A stretch of 64,000 nucleotides of DNA, taken from Pelagibacteraceae bacterium AG-325-J13 (lineage in GTDB: Bacteria; Pseudomonadota; Alphaproteobacteria; Pelagibacterales; Pelagibacteraceae). Each line of letters starts with the position of its first letter. The stretch's first letter is position 1. Made by a program: the position numbers and the translations under genes. Shown piece by piece: positions 26,952 through 39,578 of this stretch. The notes under the pieces are model-generated. The model saw nothing but the letters and a program-made list of their open reading frames with translations. It had not been told where the DNA came from and searched no databases. The stretch covers positions 21,491 to 85,490 of the forward strand of contig QBYL01000003.1 in NCBI GenBank assembly GCA_003282835.1, written 5' to 3'.

Positions 26952-27935
26952 ATGAAATTTTTAGATCAAGCAAAAATATATATCAAAGCTGGAAACGGCG
27001 GTTCAGGTTCAGCAAGTTTTCGCAGAGAAAAATTTGTAGAATTTGGAGGTCCAGATGGTGGAGATGGAGGTAATGGAGGATCTATTATTGTTGAGTCTGA
27101 TAGAAATTTAAATACATTAATTGATTTTAGATACTCTCAACATTTTAAAGCTCAGCATGGGAAAAATGGAAGTAAAAGAAATAGAACTGGCGCTAACGGT
27201 GAAGACCTAGTTCTTAAAGTTCCTATAGGGACACAAATTTATGAGGAAGATAATAATACTTTAATTTATGATTTTACAAAAAATAAAGAAAAATATCTTG
27301 TAGCTTCTGGAGGTAAAGGAGGACTAGGAAATGTTAGATTCAAAAGTTCTACTAATAGAGCTCCTAAGAAGAAAACTAATGGAAGACTTGGTGAGGAATT
27401 TTGGATATGGTTTCAATTAAAAGTAATAGCAGACATAGGTATAATTGGTAAACCAAATGCAGGTAAATCAAGTTTACTTGCTGCACTTACAAGGGCTAAA
27501 CCAAAAATAGCCAATTATCCTTTTACGACGATTAACCCAAATTTAGGCGTAACATATTATGGGGGAAAAGAAGTTACTTTAGCTGATATACCTGGATTAG
27601 TAGAAGGAGCACATAAAGGGATAGGATTAGGAGATAAGTTTTTACGTCATATTGAAAGATGTAAAGTTTTGTTGCACTTAATTGATTTAAGTGAGGAAAA
27701 TTTAGTCACAACATATAAACAAATTACCAAAGAGCTCTCATCATATGATAAAAAGTTAAATACAAAAAAGGAAATAATTTTTTTTAACAAGTCAGACTTG
27801 TATAAAAGTGACGAAATAAAAAAAAAACTGAGCGAATTTAAGAAAAAAATAAAAACTAAATATGAAATAATTTCAGTGCTCTCGAATAAAGATCTACTTA
27901 AAATAAAAAAAATTTTAATCAAATATGCTAATTGA
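26952..27935 (+). CDS. obgE: GTPase ObgE/CgtA
   Basis: Gly-rich Obg domain; GKPNAGKS, YPFTT, DIPG and NKSD motifs. Confidence 0.97.
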   Translation: MKFLDQAKIYIKAGNGGSGSASFRREKFVEFGGPDGGDGGNGGSIIVESDRNLNTLIDFRYSQHFKAQHGKNGSKRNRTGANGEDLVLKVPIGTQIYEEDNNTLIYDFTKNKEKYLVASGGKGGLGNVRFKSSTNRAPKKKTNGRLGEEFWIWFQLKVIADIGIIGKPNAGKSSLLAALTRAKPKIANYPFTTINPNLGVTYYGGKEVTLADIPGLVEGAHKGIGLGDKFLRHIERCKVLLHLIDLSEENLVTTYKQITKELSSYDKKLNTKKEIIFFNKSDLYKSDEIKKKLSEFKKKIKTKYEIISVLSNKDLLKIKKILIKYAN

Positions 27936-29010
27936 TAATTCAAAAAGAATTGTAATAAAATTAGGGTCCACAACAGTAGTTGACAAAAAAGGAAAATTTA
28001 AAAAAAGATGGGTAATATCTTTAATTAAAGATATAAAAAAATTTGGTGCAGGTAAAAAATTTGTAATAGTTTCTTCTGGTGCAATTGCCCTAGGTCAAAA
28101 GTACCTAAAAATTAAAAAAAAAAAATTAAAACTTGAAATGAGTCAAGCTATAGCTGCCGTTGGTCAAATTCAATTAGCTGGAGAATTTCAAAAACTATTT
28201 GAGAAATATAGATTAAAGTCTGGACAAATTTTAATAAGTCCTGATGATACTGAACAGAGAAAAAGAGCTTTAAATGTTAGGAGTACGTTTGAAAATCTTT
28301 TTAAATTGAATGCAATCCCAATAGTTAATGAAAATGATACAACTGCAACCTCAGAAATTAAATATGGAGATAACGATAGACTTGCCGCTAGGGTTGCTCA
28401 AATTGTAGGGGCAGATACTTTAATAATATTATCAGATGTGGACGGCCTTTATGATAAAACTAAAAAGATAGTCAAAAGTGTAAATACATTAAATGAGGAT
28501 ATTTATTCAATGATAAGTGAAAGTAAAAATGCTTATGGATCTGGTGGAATTTCTACAAAACTTGATGCCGCAAAAATTTGTATGAATTGTGGTTGCCATA
28601 TGTTTTTAGCTAATGGAAAAAAAGATAATCCTCTGAGGAGAATATTATCCAATAAAATTTATACACATTTTATTCCAAAAATCTCTAGCTTAGATGCTAG
28701 AAAAAAATGGATAATAAGTTCTTTAAGTTCAACTGGAGTAATTTATATTGATGATGGGGCTGCTAAAGCTTTATCAAATGGAAAAAGCTTACTAGCTGCT
28801 GGAATAACTAAAGTTAAAGGTTCTTTTGATAAAGGGGAAAACATATTGATAGTCGATCAAAGTGAAAATCAACTGGCAAGAGGATTAGCATCATTTAATT
28901 CTAAAGAAATTGATAAAATTAAAGGCAAACAAAGTAAAGAAATCGATAAAATCCTAGGATATCTAGCTAAATCTGAGATTATTCATAAAGATGATATGGT
29001 AAAATTATAA
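27925..29010 (+). CDS. proB: Glutamate 5-kinase with PUA domain
   Basis: VIKLGS, VSSGA, NEND and GDND motifs. Confidence 0.95.
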   Translation: MLIDNSKRIVIKLGSTTVVDKKGKFKKRWVISLIKDIKKFGAGKKFVIVSSGAIALGQKYLKIKKKKLKLEMSQAIAAVGQIQLAGEFQKLFEKYRLKSGQILISPDDTEQRKRALNVRSTFENLFKLNAIPIVNENDTTATSEIKYGDNDRLAARVAQIVGADTLIILSDVDGLYDKTKKIVKSVNTLNEDIYSMISESKNAYGSGGISTKLDAAKICMNCGCHMFLANGKKDNPLRRILSNKIYTHFIPKISSLDARKKWIISSLSSTGVIYIDDGAAKALSNGKSLLAAGITKVKGSFDKGENILIVDQSENQLARGLASFNSKEIDKIKGKQSKEIDKILGYLAKSEIIHKDDMVKL

Positions 29011-30252
29011 ATGCAATATTTAAAAAATATAGGAAAAAACGCTAGAAATGCTTTTGAAGATCTTAAATCAGTAAATCACAAAAAGGTAGTAAAGGTCTTA
29101 AATGATTATAACAAAGAACTATTTCACAATAAAAGAAAATTAATTAGAGAAAATCAAAAAGATGTTAAAAATGTTAAACGTGAACACCTTATTGATAGAC
29201 TTATATTAAATGAAAAAAGAATTGATGGCATTAGATATTCTATAAATGAAATCGCAAAATTCAAAAATCCTGTAGGAAAAGTTTTGGAACAATGGCAAAG
29301 ACCAAATAAAATTAATATAAAAAAAGTTTCAATACCTATAGGTGTTATTGGAATCATCTATGAAAGCAGGCCAAATGTAACAGCAGATGTTGCTGCATTA
29401 AGTTTAAAATCTGGTAATTGTTGTATTTTGAGAGGTGGATCTGAAGCAATTAATTCAAATAAATTGTTGGCTAATATTTTCAGAGAAATCTTGCACAAAA
29501 ATAATATTAACAAAAATTGTGTTCAATTTATTGACAGAAAAAATAGAAAAATCGTAGATAATTTATTATCTAAAATGAGTAAATATATTGATGTAATTGT
29601 TCCACGAGGTGGGAAGAACTTGGTAGCAAAGGTACAAAAATTTTCTAATGTACATGTAATTGGTCACTTAGAAGGATTATGTCATATATACCTAGATAAA
29701 AGTGCAAGTTTAAATATGGCAAAGAAAATAATCATAAATGCCAAGATGAGGAGAACAGGGATATGCGGTGCTGTTGAAACGCTACTAATTGATCAAAAAG
29801 CAGTTAATTCACATGCAAAAGAAATTATAAATGCTCTTACAGATTCTGGGTGCGAAGTAAGAGTTGATAATAAAATTAATAAATTATTTAATTTTAAATT
29901 AAGAAAAGCTTTAGAAAAAGATTGGAAAACTGAATATTTGGACTCTATAATTTCTATTAAAACTGTAAAGAACGTTCAAGATGGGGTAAATCATATCTTA
30001 AAGTATGGCACTATGCACACAGATAGTATTATTACGAATAATAAAAAAAATGCTAAATTATTTTTAAATAATGTTAATAGCTCAATTGCAATGCACAATG
30101 TTTCTACGCAATTCGCTGATGGAGGTGAATTTGGGTTTGGAGGAGAAATTGGTATATCTACAAATAAACTACCACCAAGAGGTCCAGTTGGTATTAACCA
30201 ATTAACTTCATATAAATATATTGTGTCAGGAAAAAATATTATTAGACCCTAA
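29011..30252 (+). CDS. proA: Gamma-glutamyl phosphate reductase
   Basis: IYESRPNVT, CGAVETLL and FADGGEFGFGGEIGIST motifs. Confidence 0.96.
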   Translation: MQYLKNIGKNARNAFEDLKSVNHKKVVKVLNDYNKELFHNKRKLIRENQKDVKNVKREHLIDRLILNEKRIDGIRYSINEIAKFKNPVGKVLEQWQRPNKINIKKVSIPIGVIGIIYESRPNVTADVAALSLKSGNCCILRGGSEAINSNKLLANIFREILHKNNINKNCVQFIDRKNRKIVDNLLSKMSKYIDVIVPRGGKNLVAKVQKFSNVHVIGHLEGLCHIYLDKSASLNMAKKIIINAKMRRTGICGAVETLLIDQKAVNSHAKEIINALTDSGCEVRVDNKINKLFNFKLRKALEKDWKTEYLDSIISIKTVKNVQDGVNHILKYGTMHTDSIITNNKKNAKLFLNNVNSSIAMHNVSTQFADGGEFGFGGEIGISTNKLPPRGPVGINQLTSYKYIVSGKNIIRP

Positions 30253-30258
30253 GTAAAT

Positions 30259-30798
30259 ATGCAAAATTTAAAAGATGCAATTGGAATATTAGGGGGAAGT
30301 TTTGACCCACCTCATAAAGGTCATGTTAAAATTTCCAATATAAGTATAAAAAAATTAAAGTTAAAAAAAGTTTTTTGGATAGTAACAAAAAAAAATCCAT
30401 TCAAAAAAAAGGCGCACTTTGAATTAAATAAAAGAATTATAAAATCAAAGAAAGCTGTACAGACATACAAAAAAATTAAGGTGTTATACTTAGATGATTT
30501 TATTAAATCTTCTCGAACGATAGATATAATCAATTATCTCCGTAAAACAAAAAAATATAGAGATCTTCACCTTATTATAGGGTCAGACAATCTTGTAAAT
30601 TTTCATAAGTGGACAAACTGGAAAAAAATTGTAAAGTTAGTAAAGTTAGTTGTGTTTTCAAGAAAAGGATATGTTAAAAAAAGTAAAAAATCAGTAGTAG
30701 TGAAGTATCTTGATGCTAGAAATATTATTTTTATTAACAACAAATTTATTGACATTTCTTCAACACACATCAAAAAAATGTATAATAAAAGATCTTAA
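30259..30798 (+). CDS. nadD: Nicotinate-nucleotide adenylyltransferase
   Basis: GGSFDPPHKGH, IIGSDN and ISST motifs. Confidence 0.93.
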   Translation: MQNLKDAIGILGGSFDPPHKGHVKISNISIKKLKLKKVFWIVTKKNPFKKKAHFELNKRIIKSKKAVQTYKKIKVLYLDDFIKSSRTIDIINYLRKTKKYRDLHLIIGSDNLVNFHKWTNWKKIVKLVKLVVFSRKGYVKKSKKSVVVKYLDARNIIFINNKFIDISSTHIKKMYNKRS

Positions 30799-31145
30799 TG
30801 AAAATTATTGAAATAAAAAAAAATATAGAAAATATTTTAGATAAAAATAAAGCAAAAAATATAATTTCAATTAATCTAAAGAATAAATCATTCATCGCAG
30901 ATTACATGATTATTGCTTCTGGTACATCATCAAGACATTTGCAAGCTTTATCAGAAATTTTAGTGGTAGAGCTTAAAAAAATCGGACTAGATAATTGTCG
31001 GATAGAAGGCAGAGAAAGTAACGATTGGAAATTGGTAGATACAAACGATATTATTGTTCATATTTTTCATCCAGAAAAAAGAGAATTTTATGATTTAGAA
31101 AAAATGTGGTCTGAAGAAATTCCTAAAGAAAAAGCAATGATATGA
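30798..31145 (+). CDS. rsfS: Ribosome silencing factor
   Basis: DYMIIASGTSSRH, W.LVD..DIIVHIF and FYDLEKMW motifs. Confidence 0.95.
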   Translation: MKIIEIKKNIENILDKNKAKNIISINLKNKSFIADYMIIASGTSSRHLQALSEILVVELKKIGLDNCRIEGRESNDWKLVDTNDIIVHIFHPEKREFYDLEKMWSEEIPKEKAMI

Positions 31146-32278
31146 AAAAATCTTTAATATTATTTTTGGTTTGTTTTGGTTTAAATTCAATATGTCTACA
31201 CGCAGCTAATAAACTCTATGAGAAAATTGATTTATTTGGGGAAGTTCTTGAAAAAATTGAAAAAGATTATGTCGATGATGTAAATCAGTCAGAATTGATG
31301 GATTCTGCGATTAATGGAGTTCTGCAGTCACTAGATCCTTATTCTGCTTATATGAGTCCTGAATTATTTAAAGAAATGCAGACTGATACCAGAGGTGAGT
31401 TTGGAGGATTAGGAATTGAAATAGGCATGGAAGCTGGGGTCGTCAAAGTTATAGCTCCTATTGATGATACACCTGCAGCAAAAGCTGGGATAAAAGCGGG
31501 TGACTATATAATTAAAGTTGGCAATGATCAGGTGCAAGGTAAATCTTTAATGGAAGCAGTCAAATTAATGAGAGGGCCAGTGGGCACTTCTATTGATTTA
31601 ACTATTCGAAGAAAAAATGTAAAAAAATCTCTTGAGTTTAAAATTACAAGAGAAATTATTGAAGTTAAATCTGTCAGTTCGGAAATCATAGGCACCAAAA
31701 AAGATTTAGGTTATATAAGATTGAAATCGTTTAATGAAAATAGTGACAAACAGTTTCTTAATGTTGTTAAAAAATATGAGAAAAATTCTAAATTAAATGG
31801 GTATATTCTTGACCTTAGAAATAATCCTGGTGGATTGTTAACGCAAGCTATTAATATTACTGATTTTTTTCTTGATGATGGTGAGATTGTATCAACTAAA
31901 GGTCGTAAAATTTCTGAAACGAGAAAGTTTTTTGCAAGAAAAGGTGATGAGATTAAAGGAAAGCCAATAATTGTTTTAATAAATAATGGTTCAGCTTCGG
32001 CTGCAGAAATATTTGCAGGGGCACTCAAAGATCATAAAAGAGCGATTATACTAGGGGAAAATTCATTTGGTAAAGGTTCAGTTCAATCAATAATACCATT
32101 ACGTAATGGTGGTGGAATGAGACTAACAATTTCAAAATATTATTTACCATCAGGAAATTCTATTTCAGAGGTTGGCGTAACACCTGATATAATAGTTGAA
32201 GAAACAGGTAAAGATTTCAAAATCAAATCTAAAAATGACAATCAGTTAAATTATGCTTTAAAACTGTTCAATTCTTAA
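31142..32278 (+). CDS. ctpA: C-terminal processing protease (S41)
   Basis: LDPYS, PDZ GLGI, DLRNNPGG, SASAAEI and FGKGSVQ motifs. Confidence 0.93.
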   Translation: MKKSLILFLVCFGLNSICLHAANKLYEKIDLFGEVLEKIEKDYVDDVNQSELMDSAINGVLQSLDPYSAYMSPELFKEMQTDTRGEFGGLGIEIGMEAGVVKVIAPIDDTPAAKAGIKAGDYIIKVGNDQVQGKSLMEAVKLMRGPVGTSIDLTIRRKNVKKSLEFKITREIIEVKSVSSEIIGTKKDLGYIRLKSFNENSDKQFLNVVKKYEKNSKLNGYILDLRNNPGGLLTQAINITDFFLDDGEIVSTKGRKISETRKFFARKGDEIKGKPIIVLINNGSASAAEIFAGALKDHKRAIILGENSFGKGSVQSIIPLRNGGGMRLTISKYYLPSGNSISEVGVTPDIIVEETGKDFKIKSKNDNQLNYALKLFNS

Positions 32279-32282
32279 ATCG

Positions 32283-32753
32283 ATGAATGATAAAAAACTT
32301 CCTTTAAGAATTGGTGTTGGAGTAATCGTTTTAAATAACGAAAATAAAGTATTTGTTGGAAAAAGAAAAGATAATCCAGTTGATAAATGGCAAATGCCTC
32401 AGGGCGGCATTAATAAAAACGAGGATTATTTATCAGCAATGAAAAGAGAGTTAGAGGAAGAGACAAGTATTAGAAATATTGAAGTTTTAAAGGAATTAGA
32501 CAAAAATTTTGAATACGAATTGCCTAAAGAACTTTTGGGTATTATTTGGAAAGGTAAATTTAGGGGTCAAAAACAAAGGTGGTTTATAGTAAAATTTACT
32601 GGTGAAGACAAAGAAATAAATCTTAATACAAAACATCCAGAATTTATAGAGTGGAGATGGATAAATTTTGAAGAACTGCCAAATGTTATAGTAGATTTTA
32701 AAAAAAAGGTTTATGAAGAATTGTTAATAGAGTTAAGAGAATTTATATATTAA
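32283..32753 (+). CDS. rppH: RNA pyrophosphohydrolase (Nudix)
   Basis: WQMPQGG...RELEEET and GQKQRWF motifs. Confidence 0.93.
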   Translation: MNDKKLPLRIGVGVIVLNNENKVFVGKRKDNPVDKWQMPQGGINKNEDYLSAMKRELEEETSIRNIEVLKELDKNFEYELPKELLGIIWKGKFRGQKQRWFIVKFTGEDKEINLNTKHPEFIEWRWINFEELPNVIVDFKKKVYEELLIELREFIY

Positions 32754-33131
32754 TTTCTTGCAAAGTTCTTATTTTGTAATGTAAAAGATATTTTTCTTTA
32801 TCGGTCACTTTATCGTTTTCAAGTAACTCATTAGATCTTCTGATCATTTCGTCTATTTCAACTTTATTTAATTCATTAAGTGTTTTTGCAGTAGAAGTTA
32901 AGATTAATAAGACATTATTATTAAATTCAACTGTACCATCTTCAACGAAGAAAATTTTTTCATCTTCACTCTTTATTAAAATTAATCCAGGTCTTAGAAA
33001 TGTTATTAAAGGAACATGATCTTTTAATATACCCATTTGGCCTTCATAAGCAGGTATTGTTACTTCACTTGAATCAGCTTTTAAAATTAGTCTACTAGGG
33101 CTAATTATTTCAACTGTAAATTTTTCTGACA

Positions 33132-33132
<1 letters not shown>
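32743..33132 (-). CDS. atpC: ATP synthase F1 epsilon
   Basis: GQMGILKDHVPLIT motif; last gene of atpHAGDC. Confidence 0.92.
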
Positions 33133-35436
<2,304 letters not shown>

Positions 35437-35437
<1 letters not shown>

Positions 35438-36966
35438 TATTTATTACCTTTTTTATATTCTTCTATTATCTTTGATAAAACTTTTTCTGTTTCTTCATCA
35501 AGCTTACCTGATGTCTGAATAGCCTCAAATACTTCAGGTTTGTCCAATTTTATCTTTTCAATAATATCTTTTTCAAATTTTTTTATATTGTTTAAGTCAA
35601 CATCATCTAAGAATCCTTTAACACCAGTAAATACAGAAATTACTTGTTCAGAAACTGTCATTGGTGAATATTGATCTTGTTTTAGAAGCTCAGTTAATTT
35701 AGCTCCTCGATTTAATAATTGTTGTGTTGAAGCGTCTAAATCAGAACCGAACTGGGCAAAAGCTGCCATTTCTCTATATTGAGCTAATTCTAATTTAATT
35801 GAACCAGCGACTTTTTTCATTGCTTTTGTTTGAGCTGCTGAACCAACTCTAGAAACTGATAGTCCTACGTTGACAGCTGGTCTGATTCCTTGATTAAACA
35901 ATTCGGTTTCTAAAAAAATCTGACCGTCTGTAATAGAAATAACATTTGTTGGAATATAAGCAGAAACGTCTCCTGCTTGTGTTTCGATAATTGGTAATGC
36001 TGTTAAAGATCCACCTCCATTTTTATCGCTTAATTTTGCCGCTCGTTCAAGCAATCTACTGTGTAAGTAAAATACATCTCCGGGATAAGCTTCCCTTCCA
36101 GGTGGTCTTCTCAAAAGTAAAGACATTTGTCTGTAGGCAACAGCTTGCTTTGACAAATCATCATAAACGATTAAAGCATGCATACCATTGTCTCTAAAAT
36201 ATTCACCGATTGTACAACCAGTATAGGGTGCTAAAAATTGCAAAGGAGCTGAATCGGAAGCTGTTGCTGCAACTATTGTTGTATACTTTAATGCTCCGGC
36301 TTCTTCTAAAGTTTTTGTAATTTGGGCGACTGTTGAGCGTTTTTGACCAATTGCAACATAAACACAATAGAGTTTTTTCTTTTCATCAGAAGATTCATTA
36401 ATTTTTTTTTGGTTTATAATTGCATCGATAGCTACAGCTGTTTTTCCAGTTTGCCTGTCTCCTATAATTAATTCTCTTTGTCCCCGACCTATAGGGATTA
36501 ATGAGTCAATGGACTTTAAACCTGTTTGCATTGGTTCATTTACTGATTGTCTTGGAATTATTCCCGGAGCTTTAACTTCTACTCGTTTTCTATTTGTAGC
36601 TGCTAAAGATCCTTTGCCATCAATTGGATTTCCTAATCCATCTACAACTCTTCCTAAAAGCTCTTTACCTACAGGAACGTCTACAATAGCTTTAGTTCTC
36701 TTTATTGTGTCTCCTTCTTTAATACTTCTATCATCACCAAAAATTACTACTCCAACATTGTCATTTTCTAAATTAAGAGCCATTCCTTTTGAACCATCTT
36801 CAAACTCAACCATTTCTCCTGCTTGAACATTGTCTAGGCCATACACACGTGCGATACCATCACCAACTGATAAAACCTTACCTATTTCTGAAATTTCGGC
36901 TTTTTCACCAAAATTTTTAATCTGATCTTTTAGTAATTTTGTAACTTCAGAAGGGTTAATTGTCAT
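35437..36966 (-). CDS. atpA: ATP synthase F1 alpha
   Basis: GDRQTGKT and [14 protein letters not shown] motifs. Confidence 0.99.
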
Positions 36967-36967
36967 C

Positions 36968-37525
36968 TTATTTTTCTAACATCACTTGTTTGTATCTTTT
37001 TAATTTGTTCTTGATTGAGGTATCAATCATATAACTGCCAAGCTGTAGCTTTAAACCTCCAATTAATTCTTTATCGACTTTATAATCAAATTTTAAAGTT
37101 GAACCTATTGAAGATGACAAATCTTTATTAATTTCTTCTAGTTGGCTTTGAGTTAATTCTTTAGATGAAATTAAAGAAGCTTTAATTTCTCCTCTTTTTT
37201 GAGAACACAACTTCATAAAACTACCAAATATTTTTTTAACAAAAAATATCCTTCTTTTTTCAATCAATAATAATAAAAAATTTTTTAAGTTTTTAGTAAA
37301 ATTTAAATTAGCAGCTAATAGATTTATGAACTCTTCCTGTGTTTTTTTATCTTGAGTAGGATCTTTAATAAAATTTCTAATCTCTTCACTTGAGTCAAGA
37401 AAAGCTAAAAAATTTTTGATATCAACTTCGACTTTGACTAATTCGTTCGCTTCTTTTACTACCTCAAATAAAGCACGAGAATACCTTTCTGAAGTTTCAG
37501 TTGAGAAAGATTTATTTGTGCTCAT
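36968..37525 (-). CDS. atpH: ATP synthase F1 delta
   Basis: RYSRALF and LIGG...IDTS motifs. Confidence 0.95.
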   Translation of the reverse strand: MSTNKSFSTETSERYSRALFEVVKEANELVKVEVDIKNFLAFLDSSEEIRNFIKDPTQDKKTQEEFINLLAANLNFTKNLKNFLLLLIEKRRIFFVKKIFGSFMKLCSQKRGEIKASLISSKELTQSQLEEINKDLSSSIGSTLKFDYKVDKELIGGLKLQLGSYMIDTSIKNKLKRYKQVMLEK

Positions 37526-37606
37526 TTTTTATTGTTTGAAATTATCGTGAAATTATGCAGAGGTCGTACCATAAGAGTATAAGTTGATCAAGTTACCAAT
37601 TTGAAT

Positions 37607-39550
37607 TTATGCAAAATTGATAGGATCTACATCAACCGTAAGTTTAATTTTAGTAGAGATTTTAAGCTTATTTATCACTTTTAATATTCTTTTTTGCATG
37701 AAAGATTGATTGTTAAATTTAAGCAAAAGTCTAGTCCGATAGTTTCTTTTAATCTTTAATAATGGAGAATCCACTGGACCCAGAATTTCTAAGTTGTCGA
37801 TATGGCCTAATTTTAACTTTATTTCTCTAGCTCCTCTCAAACTCAATTTATGCTCCTTTGAGGAAATTATAATTGCAATTAATCGGACAAAAGGTGGTAA
37901 TTTATTTTTTTTCCTAATATTAAGCTCATTTTCTAAAAGCTCTTCTGATTTATTTTTAATTAACTCGTTAAGGATAGCATCGTGTGGTGTTAAAGTTTGA
38001 TAGACTATTAAAGATCTTGAACTAAATCTTCCAGCACGTCCACTTAACTGATGGTATAACTGAATATTTTTTTCTGTTGATCTTAAATCAAAACCTCTGC
38101 CAGAAAAGTCAGCATCAACTACAACTATGCAATTTAATTTTGGAAAGTTAAAACCTTTTGATATCATTTGTGTGCCAATTAATATATCAATTTTATTTTC
38201 ATTCATGTTGTTAAAAAAAAATTGAGTATCTTTTTTAGTTTTTAAATAGTCACTAGAAAAAATATTTACTTTTTTTTTAGGGAATAATTCTCTAATCTCA
38301 TCATATATTTTTTCTACCCCTGGTCCATACATTGTATAATCACAATAATTTTCTACATGACACTTTGTTTTTAATTCTTTTTCAAATGAACAATGATGAC
38401 ATATAGCTTTATTTTTTAATTTATGGAAAGTTAAGTATATCGAGCAATTTTTACATGTGTGCTTGTTACCGCATTTTTTACAAATTAAATAAGGTGCAAA
38501 TCCTCGTCTATTTATAAAAAAAAGCACTTGATCTCCTTTTTCTAAATATTCTTTAACAAACTCTACCGTTTCTTTAGCGATATATTTATTTTTTAATTTT
38601 TCAATATTCAAATTGACTAGTTTAGTATTTGGTAATGGATAATCTTTAAATCTTTTTAAAATTTTTACATGTCGATACTTTTTTTTTAAAATATTATTGT
38701 AAGTTTCTATTGATGGAACTGAAGAAACAAGATGTACAGGAATTTTTTCAAAACTAGCTCTTGAAATAGCCATGTCCCTAGCGTTGTATATAACTCCTTC
38801 ATCTTGTTTATATGAGGCGTCGTGTTCTTCGTCCACAACAATAATTCCCAATTTTTTAAAAGGCAAAAGCAAAGCAGATCTAGCTCCTACTATAATCTTT
38901 ATTTCATTTTTTATTATACCTTTCCAAATTATTCTTTTTTGTTTAGGAGTTACTTTGGAGTGCCAAATTGCTGGTTCAAATCCAAAAAAATCTTCAAATC
39001 TTGACTTAAAATCATTTGTTAAAAAAATTTCTGGAAGTAAAACTAACGCTTGTTTGTTTTTTTTGATAATCTTCTTTAATCGCTCAAAGTAAACTAGTGT
39101 TTTTCCTGAACCTGTGGTGCCTTGTAGAACTGATACGTCAAATTTATTTTCAACCTTTTCAAGAAATTTAAGCGCTAATATCTGTTCCTTATTTAATACA
39201 TATTTTCTTATTTTCTTGTTTTTTATTTCAATTTTATTATCAATTTTTTTTATGAATTTATCTGCACCTCCTATAACCATTTTTAAAACTAAGCCAAGTG
39301 AAACCATGTTATAAGTTGAAAACCACTCAATAAAACTAATTAATTCTTTGTTAATTGAATATTCGGTCTTTTTATTTATATTTTTAATTTTAATATTTTC
39401 AGGTTCATTATAGTTATTGTTCCAAATTACCCCGATCTCTTTTTTTGATCCAAAAGGAATTTCAACTAGACTTCCGATTTTATAATCGCTGTTTGAATTA
39501 TAAGTAAAAGGATAATTAAATATTTTTGGTAACAAAACTTGCGCTTTCAT
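37607..39550 (-). CDS. priA: Primosomal protein N' (replication restart helicase)
   Basis: GTTGSGKT, DEEHD.SYKQ, Cys-rich region, GRAGR and VDVDP motifs. Confidence 0.95.
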   Translation of the reverse strand: MKAQVLLPKIFNYPFTYNSNSDYKIGSLVEIPFGSKKEIGVIWNNNYNEPENIKIKNINKKTEYSINKELISFIEWFSTYNMVSLGLVLKMVIGGADKFIKKIDNKIEIKNKKIRKYVLNKEQILALKFLEKVENKFDVSVLQGTTGSGKTLVYFERLKKIIKKNKQALVLLPEIFLTNDFKSRFEDFFGFEPAIWHSKVTPKQKRIIWKGIIKNEIKIIVGARSALLLPFKKLGIIVVDEEHDASYKQDEGVIYNARDMAISRASFEKIPVHLVSSVPSIETYNNILKKKYRHVKILKRFKDYPLPNTKLVNLNIEKLKNKYIAKETVEFVKEYLEKGDQVLFFINRRGFAPYLICKKCGNKHTCKNCSIYLTFHKLKNKAICHHCSFEKELKTKCHVENYCDYTMYGPGVEKIYDEIRELFPKKKVNIFSSDYLKTKKDTQFFFNNMNENKIDILIGTQMISKGFNFPKLNCIVVVDADFSGRGFDLRSTEKNIQLYHQLSGRAGRFSSRSLIVYQTLTPHDAILNELIKNKSEELLENELNIRKKNKLPPFVRLIAIIISSKEHKLSLRGAREIKLKLGHIDNLEILGPVDSPLLKIKRNYRTRLLLKFNNQSFMQKRILKVINKLKISTKIKLTVDVDPINFA

Positions 39551-39578
39551 GGTGCAATAGTATTAGAATTATCTTTAA

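Noticed and set aside
28114-28125. A12 run in proB (also A11 before rplU) as a phase-variation tract
   Set aside because: The proB run is in-frame Lys codons in a housekeeping gene, and long A/T runs are common throughout this AT-rich sequence.
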